A DNA stretch of 58,130 bases from Octopus bimaculoides (taxonomy: Eukaryota). How positions within the stretch are numbered: position 1 is the stretch's first letter; every line of letters starts with the position of its first letter. Positions 48,330-58,130 of this stretch are shown here, piece after piece. The position numbers and the translations under genes were made by a program. Location of the stretch: contig NC_068993.1 of NCBI RefSeq assembly GCF_001194135.2, positions 47,156,714 through 47,214,843 on the forward strand, given 5' to 3'. The notes beneath the pieces are model-generated. The model was given only the letters and a program-made list of their open reading frames with translations, was not told the origin of the DNA and did not search any database.

Positions 48330-48880
48330 CGTGATTTCCTAACGACAGAAAAATCAATACGTATAAAGTTTGACACGACTGTAAGCATCCCTCATGTTCA
48401 CACATAACTGCAGTTAATGTTGTTGGAAGTTTTTACAAGAATGATCAACGTGGTGTTATGCAATTCTTCAGCAAATTCGCTTGTGGTTTGGCCACCATTA
48501 TTCGCTTGTGGTTTGGCCAACTCCGATATCCAACTCTACAAAACTCACCGTTAGCGACAACAGACGATGGAGATATATCTGTAAAGTACAATAGGTCAAA
48601 TGCGAAAACGAAAAAAGAAATCAGCGTAGCAATACTGAATATTGAGAGAATTTGTGCCAACATGACACTTGGCAAAAATGTTGATCTAAGAATTGACACT
48701 TTTGCAGTTAAGGAAATGCGAAAACAATATTTCTTTTAAATGACATATCATACGAGTTGTGATATTGGTGTATAATTGATTGATGTAAAAATTAATTGCG
48801 TCGGAGAGCAATCAAAGACGTTGTTGATGCTACTGGTCTATCGTATGGATCCGTACAGGCAATCCTAAGGTATAGATTCT
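48330..48880 (+). mobile_element. Fragmented mariner remnants (5' region and HTH) around an unrelated ORF
   Basis: KNDQRGVMQFF (about 48437-48470) resembles mariner N-termini; RRAIKDVVDATGLSYGSVQAIL (48802-48867) matches the second mariner HTH; boundaries uncertain. Confidence 0.45.
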
Positions 48881-49619
48881 TCACGATGACAATGTACCCT
48901 GTCAGTGTACCCTAAAAAGTTCAAGTCAATCCGGAGCTATGGCAGAATTCTTCAGAACCTGATACCGTGCAATAGGACTGAACCGAAGAACTCACGATTG
49001 CAAAGCTGTTGCATCTGTTCTCTTTCTCCCACATTCACACAAATGCATAAAAGCGTTGAAGGTGATGTAACTCCGGCGATATTTACACTTTTCTTCAGAC
49101 AGCCATAACTGCAAACGCTGGACTTATAGCTTAAACGAATGAAACTGTAGACGTATGTCATTATAGTTTGGCCGATATGTTATGCTGTTGTGTAGAACAC
49201 CGTGTAATATCATGACAATAATATAAACGTGAAACATAGCAATGATATCAAATATAATCACGGCAAGTTATTGTTGTACAGAATTTACTTTTAGTCTCTT
49301 TTATTGATTTTCTTCATTCGAATAAAACTAACTGTTGTCGCTGCCTTCATTCAAGAACGTTCAATATAGAATATATAGAATGTTAGGATTGATTACTGAT
49401 GCACATACTCAGGCAAACAGACACACATACACACATAAGTATATAAATATACACACTTACAGGCATGACGACAAGCATATACCTACTTAGTAATTCATAC
49501 GTACATACGAACACACGCAAACGCACACACACAAATATATAATCGCATACATACACATACATATATACATACATATACATACATATACATACACATACAT
49601 ATATACATTCATGCATGTA

Positions 49620-49843
49620 GATACGCCAGATGGCTGTGTCTTTAACAAACTCGCCTTGCAGCCCCGTGGTTTTGTGTTCAGTTTCGCTGAGCGGCGATCT
49701 GAGCAGGTGATTCCTTCTATAGACCCGGGGTGACCAACCCGCTGAAGGAGTTTGTGTGGAGCCCACCGTCTATGTATGTGTGTGTTTGTGTATATGTATG
49801 TATGTATGTATGTATATATGCATATATACATATACATATATAT

Positions 49844-49922
<79 letters not shown>

Positions 49923-49995
49923 AGTTTGTTTACGTGCGTCTGTTTTTGGCCTCCACCACTTAACAGGCGTTGCTTGTTTTTTGTTGTCTTAACAT
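49620..49995 (+). mobile_element. Very old SINE family A with expanded internal microsatellite
   Basis: TGGCTGTGT head, GTGTTCAGTT B-box-like, CTATAGACCCGGGGTGACCAA core, about 150 bp of (TATG)(TA)(TG), degenerate CCACCACTTAACAGG. Confidence 0.55.
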
Positions 49996-50547
49996 ACCTG
50001 TTTGGACGCTGTCAAATGATTAAAACAATTAAAATATTAGTTCATAATGATGTCTGTGTGTGTGTGTGAGTATATATATATATATATAACAGCAAAACAC
50101 CACCACCACCACCATCAACAACAACAACAACAACAACAGCAGCAGCAGCAACAATAGTAATGACAATAATAAAGGTAACAGCAAAAGAATGAGACCTCGA
50201 TATTAGAGCAATAGAGTAACATTTATATATGTTATAAATTAGAACAAATATTAAAAGCTTGTCATTATAGTACTCCGCATTTCGATTACTGGTGCGAAGA
50301 GCTATGGTACATTCTCGTCGGCTATTAAGGCAACAGACGCTACGAATAGCCGTTTAATATAAGGGAAGTAACTCTAATAGGCGCAAAAATAAAAAGTAAA
50401 GAAAGGCAGAAAAAATAGAGAAAAATATATAAAGTATGTATTATAAAAATATACAAACAACAATATTCTCACGATACATAGGCATAAGCTTCCTGCTTTT
50501 ACAACATCTACCTACGTACACACTCACACAAACATGTATGTGTACAT

Positions 50548-50585
<38 letters not shown>

Positions 50586-53033
50586 GTATGCACGTAATCA
50601 TACATATATGTTTATATGCGGGTGTGCAAATGTATGTTTGTATATATATNNNNNNNNNNNNNNNNNNNNNNNNNNNNNNNNNNNNNNNNNNNNNNNNNNN
50701 NNNNNNNNNNNNNNNNNNNNNNNNNNNNNNNNNNNNNNNNNNNNNNNNNNNNNNNNNNNNNNNNNNNNNNNNNNNNNNNNNNNNNNNNNNNNNNNNNNNN
50801 NNNNNNNNNNNNNNNNNNNNNNNNNNNNNNNNNNNNNNNNNNNNNNNNNNNNNNNNNNNNNNNNNNNNNNNNNNNNNNNNNNNNNNNNNNNNNNNNNNNN
50901 NNNNNNNNNNNNNNNNNNNNNNNNNNNNNNNNNNNNNNNNNNNNNNNNNNNNNNNNNNNNNNNNNNNNNNNNNNNNNNNNNNNNNNNNNNNNNNNNNNNN
51001 NNNNNNNNNNNNNNNNNNNNNNNNNNNNNNNNNNNNNNNNNNNNNNNNNNNNNNNNNNNNNNNNNNNNNNNNNNNNNNNNNNNNNNNNNNNNNNNNNNNN
51101 NNNNNNNNNNNNNNNNNNNNNNNNNNNNNNNNNNNNNNNNNNNNNNNNNNNNNNNNNNNNNNNNNNNNNNNNNNNNNNNNNNNNNNNNNNTATATATATA
51201 TAAGAACCCCCCCCCCCCACGAAATTGACAGAAGTGGAGCTACTATTTGCATATCATAAATGCTTAACACTTTAATTAACATCAGTGATCTTTCGACAGG
51301 GACTCAGTCCATACTATATCGAGATGTGATACAACATATGTAGCCTACGTAGTGGATATACAAAGAGGGCAAACTTAGCTATTTTGCTGTAGATTAACAA
51401 AATGATGAACACTCTACGTATCTTACTTGTCAGAGTGTTCAACTCATAATTGTAAGGTAGTAATTTGAATTCAAGACCAGTTAATGCGTTCTATCTTTGA
51501 GGAAGATACTTCATTTCACATTACTCTAGAATAAACTTGAGTTATACCTTTCAACTGTTACATTCTCGATGTTATGTTACGTCAAAATTCCGAAACGCAA
51601 GATGATGTATATATCTGCTTGTAAATGCATATCCATTTGAAAGAACTAGCAAAAGCATGGTACTTTCAAGTTATTCTCCCTTACACGTGGCAGTTAAGCT
51701 TTGTAATGGTAGGGGAATTTACTGGAAGTTGAATTATCGTAAACTGAAACTGAATTTGAAACCGTACCATAAGAAAAGTGTATTAAGCGGATTTATCTAT
51801 GTATATGACGTAAAATATATATTTAAAAGAAAATATAATACCAACAGATTAATGAAATTCAACACTTGAACAAAAACTGAATAAAAATACGCTAAATATC
51901 TACATTGACAATCGAAAACCATACAACGCGGCAGACCAAAGTTCATCTGCTTGGCGTTTTAGAATAGTTCAACAGAAAATTCCCATTTGTAAAGATAAAA
52001 AGAGTTTTTGAATGTAATATTTGCTAACAATAGAAATTATATAGTTTCGAAGCTATTTCAGGTTCATTCGTTAGGTATTTTAAGTGTCTCATCAAATATT
52101 TTGATTTATAGCGACAAAAGAATAAAATAAATTATAATAAAAACATTACCTCTGTAACATTATTCAAGATAACTTTTACATAGAAGGAAATATTTATCCT
52201 TTCAGAATGACAAAAATTACAGCCATCATTATTCTCTTTATAATGTTTGGCTTTCTCCAGTATCTCTAAAATACTTATGCAGTCTCTGATACTTATGCAA
52301 TCTCTTTAAAAAATTAGATGTAGTTTCAGAAACTTTGTTCAGAAAGCGTTCAGGTTATCTGAAAGTGTGACGATAAATTTATTATAGCCCGAATCTCAAT
52401 GTTATAATTCAGGAAGCAGGGGTTAATGCAACAAATCTGAGCCCCATTATAGCTCTAAAACGCAATAGTGATATATCAGAAGGGAAATCAAAGTGGAGAT
52501 CTTACAATCATGTCTCTTTCAGATGAACCGATAAACGAAATAATAGATTTCGCGTAATATGTGGCCATTGACGAAAAGAGCCATTGACTATATCACAAAA
52601 TGGAGGATTGCTGGACAAAACAGTAACTTAAATAGGCGGCAAAATATGTGGGATATGTACTCCAGAAATCATGAAAAAATATTGCAGCATTTTGTATATT
52701 TAAGTGTTGTTTATGATATCTTCCATAAATATAAACACATAGATAAGTCCATAGTATGTAACTGGATAGAATCACTGTGAATTTGACACTGTGCTTATAC
52801 AGTTTTAAGATAACGCGCAACGGTTTGAATATGCACATTTCGCCTCTCGCTGCATTCACTAAATTACATGGGCCAGTCTTACTTCCTGCAAACTGTTTTT
52901 AGGCACTTCAGTTTTTTATTTGGTTTTTATTATATTTTGTTACTGAAAATAGAACCCTACATAGTTATATTCTGTTGTTAATTATTTCATTAGAACTGAA
53001 CAGTCTTATTTGAAAACCCTTTTAGCAAATTTG

Positions 53034-53222
53034 GCACTTTCATATTTCGAATCTAAACCTACGGAATTTTACAAGCGAGGCATTTATAAGTTTGTCGAAA
53101 GATGGCATGAGATCATTGAAAGCAATGGAGAGTATGTTAATGAATAAATATTTCCATAGTCATTGGCTTATTCATTTTTACCTTAAATCTTTAAATCGGA
53201 CATTACATTTGCACTAACCTGA
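53034..53222 (+). mobile_element. Mariner 3' terminal fragment with TIR
   Basis: ALSYFESKPTEFYKRGIYKFVERWHEIIESNGEYVNE* (stop 53145-53147); TIR reverse complement TCAGGTTAGTGCAAATGTAATGTCCGATTT followed by TA (53223-53224), Hsmar1-like. Confidence 0.88.
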
Positions 53223-54661
53223 TATGTTGATTCACCAGAAGCGATTAATGACGGGATGAAATACAAATGTAGAGTATTCTTTAATACATTATAAACGATA
53301 GGTTCCAATTTACAGTACGATGTGTTATTTGTTTCTAGTTATCAGCTGGTAAACCGAACCTGGTTTTCTTTTACAAAATTCACTATTTGAATGTTTTGAA
53401 ACATTAAATGAAAGTTGGAAGAAAACGCTTATTCTTATTCATTTGTTAAAAAAATTTGTCGTCGACACAAGCAATACGTCTGCTTCAAGCTCGCACTTGT
53501 AATTTCATTTCGGGTTCTTGTGATAATTATAAATGTCTTAAATTTCATTGAAGCAAGTCAGAAAATTGTGTTACCGTTTAAGCAATGTTCAAAAGTAATA
53601 CTGTTAAGTAATACTTTCAATTAACATCTTTTTAAAAACATTGAGTGTATTGGTGGGTGTTCATATTGCATGCGTCTGTGCTGACGCTTACACATACACA
53701 CATGCACACATGCACACGCATAAAGACATATATACAGAGAGTTATATATGCATGCTTTCAAATACATGTATGGATGTATACACTTACACACAGAGACACA
53801 GACCTACATATATCGAAACGTGTCTCATTCAGACATAATATTAAGTGTTTCGATACCTAGGCTTTTTTGAACAAGAAATAGATTCAAAGACGTAAGTAGT
53901 TACAGAAAAGATACTTAGCCGAATGCATACAAGTCGCCAATAGCCCAGTTCTTTCATTTAAACTACTACTTACTGGAGTAGAAAATCTCAATTTTTAGCT
54001 TAAACAAGTGTCACACCGCATTCATTTTTGATTTGAAGCTCCTGATCCTGATGCTTGCATAGTATCTACAATAGGCCAGGTAGTATTGTATTCTTGAGGA
54101 TTTGTCACTCACAAAGACTGTATACATTTCGAAAAATCCGTAGTGCAATTTCAGTTGGACCTGATAAAAATGCATATTTGAGTTTGTAAAAAAATGGTTC
54201 CATTGCTGGTAATATATGATTGAGGCACATCTCAGCTGTGGGATTCAATGTTGGCACTGTACACTTTCAAATTTGACACAAAGCTATCGCCTAGTAGGTA
54301 GTTATCACGAATTCTACAGTTGCATGATCTTTATTGGTTTGTTGTTTGCATTTCTCTTCCATTAAGACAGATGTTATTCAATGCTTTTTTATGCCTCAGT
54401 TGATTCATTATAGCTATTAAATGTGTGTATATTTGCTTCTTAGTATTTGCTTTGTTGTTTTGGATGTTGCTTTTGTTCTTATCAATGTCTAGTAGCGTTT
54501 AACTATAACTTTGCAGTGTGATTTAAGTAATAATAGCAGAATATAAGACAAACACAAAATACTTGTGGTACTGCATGTGTCTCAGGAGTTACTATTATAT
54601 AGTCATCCTTGGAGATTATGGTGAAAATCCTATGAAAATCGACCTTGAATATCTCACAGTG

Positions 54662-54824
54662 TATATCAGGTGTGGCTTTGTGGTAAGAATCTTGCTTTCC
54701 AACCACAAGACTCCCTTTTCATTCCCACCCCGTGGAAACTTGGGCAAGTGACTTCTACTATAACCTCGGATCGACCAAAAACTTGTGAGTGGATTTGTTA
54801 GCGAGAAATTTGAAGAAGCCCGTC

Positions 54825-54830
<6 letters not shown>
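54662..54830 (+). mobile_element. SINE family A head and core (internal microsatellite runs into gap)
   Basis: TGGCTTTGTGGTAAG head, TTGGGCAAGTGACTTCTACTATAACCTCGG core; probable tail remnant at about 55700-55770. Confidence 0.8.
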
Positions 54831-54865
<35 letters not shown>

Positions 54866-55514
54866 NNNNNNNNNNNNNNNNNNNNNNNNNNNNNNNNNNN
54901 NNNNNNNNNNNNNNNNNNNNNNNNNNNNNNNNNNNNNNNNNNNNNNNNNNNNNNNNNNNNNNNNNNNNNNNNNNNNNNNNNNNNNNNNNNNNNNNNNNNN
55001 NNNNNNNNNNNNNNNNNNNNNNNNNNNNNNNNNNNNNNNNNNNNNNNNNNNNNNNNNNNNNNNNNNNNNNNNNNNNNNNNNNNNNNNNNNNNNNNNNNNN
55101 NNNNNNNNNNNNNNNNNNNNNNNNNNNNNNNNNNNNNNNNNNNNNNNNNNNNNNNNNNNNNNNNNNNNNNNNNNNNNNNNNNNNNNNNNNNNNNNNNNNN
55201 NNNNNNNNNNNNNNNNNNNNNNNNNNNNNNNNNNNNNNNNNNNNNNNNNNNNNNNNNNNNNNNNNNNNNNNNNNNNNNNNNNNNNNNNNNNNNNNNNNNN
55301 NNNNNNNNNNNNNNNNNNNNNNNNNNNNNNNNNNNNNNNNNNNNNNNNNNNNNNNNNNNNNNNNNNNNNNNNNNNNNNNNNNNNNNNNNNNNNNNNNNNN
55401 NNNNNNNNNNNNNNNNNNNNNNNNNNNNNNNNNNNNNNNNNNNNNNNNNNNNNNNNNNNNNNNNNNNNNNNNNNNTATATATATATATGAATATATATAT
55501 GAATATATATATGA

Positions 55515-55547
<33 letters not shown>

Positions 55548-56049
55548 TATATGTATGCGCGCGCGCGCGTGTAATATTGTTTTTCTTTTTTTGTCTCATA
55601 CCAGCGTTTAACAACCTATGTTGTTTTGTATACACATCCATATATTAGCTGTTTGGCTAAAGAATCAGGGAGAATATATATCGGACTATAGATAAATACT
55701 GGAGTAGAGCTGTTCGACTAAACGCTGGTGACCCAGCGTGGTCGCTGTCCAATGACTGAAATTAGTGGCAGGCAAAAAGGTAAAAGATACGCTTGAATAT
55801 TCATCTTTCGCTATATTGAAGATTATATAAGTGACTTAGCAGAAACCATTCTGAGAACCAACACCATATAATCTAATTAATTTCTATTACCTAAAAGACA
55901 TTTAGCCATTTTAAAGAACGAACAAACAATATATTCCACCATGTGGTCCTACAAATCCTACGACTGAGTATAAAACAGCATGAATCAGATCAACAACTAT
56001 TCATCATAGAACGGACGTGATCACGTTTGACATGGGACTAAACTGTTGC

Positions 56050-56152
56050 TGCTGCTTCTTCTTCTGTTTCTGCTGCTACCGCTACACCCACTGCTACAAC
56101 AACAACAACAACAACTACGACGAGAACAGCAACAACAACAACAACAACAACG

Positions 56153-56183
<31 letters not shown>

Positions 56184-56530
56184 ACACCACCACACCGTTA
56201 ACACAACAAATACTACTCCTGACAATGCTACCACGAATAGAATTACCATAACCACCACCAACACCACCACTACTGCTACTTTGCGTATACTACAACTACA
56301 TTTACTACAACTACCACTTCCGCAACCGTCTCTACTACTACTACAACTACTACTACAAACAAATCCCACAACCAATGACATCACTATTACTACGATGACC
56401 ACCACAACTACTGCTACTGCTGCTGCTGCTACTGTTATTGCTACTGCTGCTGCTGCTACTGTTATTGCTGCTGCAGTTGCTGCTGCTGCAGTTGCTGCTG
56501 CAGTTACTGCTGCAGTTGCTGCTGCTACAA
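56050..56530. repeat. Degenerate trinucleotide array (CTG/CTT/CAA/TAC/GCT)
   Basis: Directly visible; source of the poly-N/Y/T/A ORF 56017-56559. Confidence 0.85.
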
Positions 56531-56691
56531 TAGTAGATACAGATACATGCAATGTTTAGTAGGTGATGTAGTTTGCGTACGAAATGCATGTTTATAAGCC
56601 ATTGAAACAGAGAAAAGGTTCGTTAGAAAGAACAAGGGAGAAAGAGAGACAGATTATATATATATATGTACATATATATATATATATATCA

Positions 56692-56899
56692 CTTTTACAC
56701 TTTTACTTGTTTCAGTCTTTTGACTGCGGCCATGCTGGAGCACCGCCTTTAGTTGAGCAAATCGACCCCAGGACTTATTCTTTAGAAGCCTAGTACTTAT
56801 TCTATCGGTCTCTTTTGCCGAACCGCTAAGTTACGGGGACATAAACACACCAGCATCGGTTGTCAAGCGGTGTTGGGGGGACAAATACAGACACACAAA
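56692..56899 (-). mobile_element. SINE family A 3' half (head lost in gap)
   Basis: Closely matches the reverse complement of 16530-16721. Confidence 0.9.
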
Positions 56900-57177
56900 N
56901 NNNNNNNNNNNNNNNNNNNNNNNNNNNNNNNNNNNNNNNNNNNNNNNNNNNNNNNNNNNNNNNNNNNNNNNNNNNNNNNNNNNNNNNNNNNNNNNNNNNN
57001 NNNNNNNNNNNNNNNNNNNNNNNNNNNNNNNNNNNNNNNNNNNNNNNNNNNNNNNNNNNNNNNNNNNNNNNNNNNNNNNNNNNNNNNNNNNNNNNNNNNN
57101 NNNNNNNNNNNNNNNNNNNNNNNNNNNNNNNNNNNNNNNNNNNNNNNNNNNNNNNNNNNNNNNNNNNNNNNNNNNNN

Positions 57178-57261
<84 letters not shown>

Positions 57262-57914
57262 TTGTATGCGAGAGAGAGAGACACAGACAGACAGACAGTC
57301 GGCCATTTTAATGAGTTTATTGGTCGTGAATTCGACAAGGAAAAATATAAAGGAGACGAATAAGGAGATGAAGTTTCAGGAGCAGATGTGAAACATAGCT
57401 TTTACTCGCTCCATGATATAAGAATATCTGGCTATAGGTATCGGAGTTTAATGATAATTGCAATTGAATAGCTTCGGGTTTGATCTTGTAACACAAGTTA
57501 AAGGTGATGCATGTGTGAGTATGTGTGTGTGTGTATGAAGATTTGCATGTGTGTGTTTGGAAGTTTGCGAGTGTATGTGTTTGTATTTGTTTGTGTGTAT
57601 GGATGGGTGGTTGGTTGTGTGTCTATGTGTGCGTGTGGCTGTGTGTGTATATAGTGAAAGCACGGTAGCTGCATGATTTAGATTGTAAAAGGTGAAGTTG
57701 GAGGCAGGCGGCGAAACAAAAGAAAAATGTGAAATAAATGGATGGGGAAAGATCAAGTAGATTCAGGTGTAGGTGTGATGTAATCAACATATATACACAA
57801 ATACGTGGTCACCGTAGAAGTGGTGTGTCTGTGAGTGGTGTGGAGCAGCTGAGGAGTAGCTGGATGCGAGACATGTAGAGGTGGACGGTGAGGTCTATCG
57901 AGAAAAAAGAAGAG

Positions 57915-57970
57915 AAAGTGAATGTGTGTGTGTTTATGTGAGAGTGAAAGAGAGAGACGGAGAGAGAGAA

Positions 57971-58001
<31 letters not shown>

Positions 58002-58097
58002 GAGAGAGAAAGAGGGAGAGAGAGAAAGAGAGAGAGAGAGGGACCGACTGACAGACAAGTGGTATATGCACGAAAACAAACACACAAATACAGAGTC

Positions 58098-58130
<33 letters not shown>
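57915..58130. repeat. (GT)n, (GA)n and terminal (TA)n microsatellites
   Basis: Directly visible. Confidence 0.9.

Noticed and set aside
2454-57338. All long ORFs containing X runs and [12 protein letters not shown]/poly-residue ORFs
   Set aside because: They are artefacts of N-gaps and di-, tri- or tetranucleotide microsatellites.
57300-57363. GHFNEFIGREFDKEKYKGDE* as a possible terminal exon
   Set aside because: The acceptor context is a (GACA)n repeat with no pyrimidine tract.
1-58130. CRISPR arrays, rRNA or prokaryotic operons
   Set aside because: No identical repeats with unique spacers, no rRNA motifs and no dense coding; the sequence is eukaryotic repeat-rich DNA.

Overview
This is AT-rich, repeat-saturated eukaryotic DNA from a draft scaffold with about 21 N-gaps (e.g. 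2524-2976, 10560-11313, 14580-15340, 38395-39103, 54866-55475), most abutting (TA)n or (GA)n tracts. The tRNA-derived SINE families and the extreme microsatellite load look like an octopus (coleoid cephalopod) genome; this is inferred from recalled repeat families, not from a search. No host protein-coding exon is recognisable with confidence, so the window is most likely intronic or intergenic, and nearly all ORFs in the track are microsatellite or N-gap artefacts. Supported content: (i) many copies of three tRNA-headed SINE families, called A (internal microsatellite), B (central CCTTTCATCCTTTCGGGGTCGAT domain) and C; (ii) a decayed DD34D mariner that is a chimera of two different elements, plus other mariner remnants; (iii) a CR1/L2-type LINE 3' end; (iv) two MITE-like foldback elements and a probable Helentron-type non-autonomous element; (v) three to four Penelope-type minimal hammerhead ribozyme (HHR) motifs. 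The most interesting observation is a roughly 295-bp element at 1337-1632 that joins a Pol III tRNA-like head to a Penelope-like HHR-containing body, with a separate copy of its 3' tail at the junction of the chimeric mariner. Element boundaries were read by eye and are approximate.
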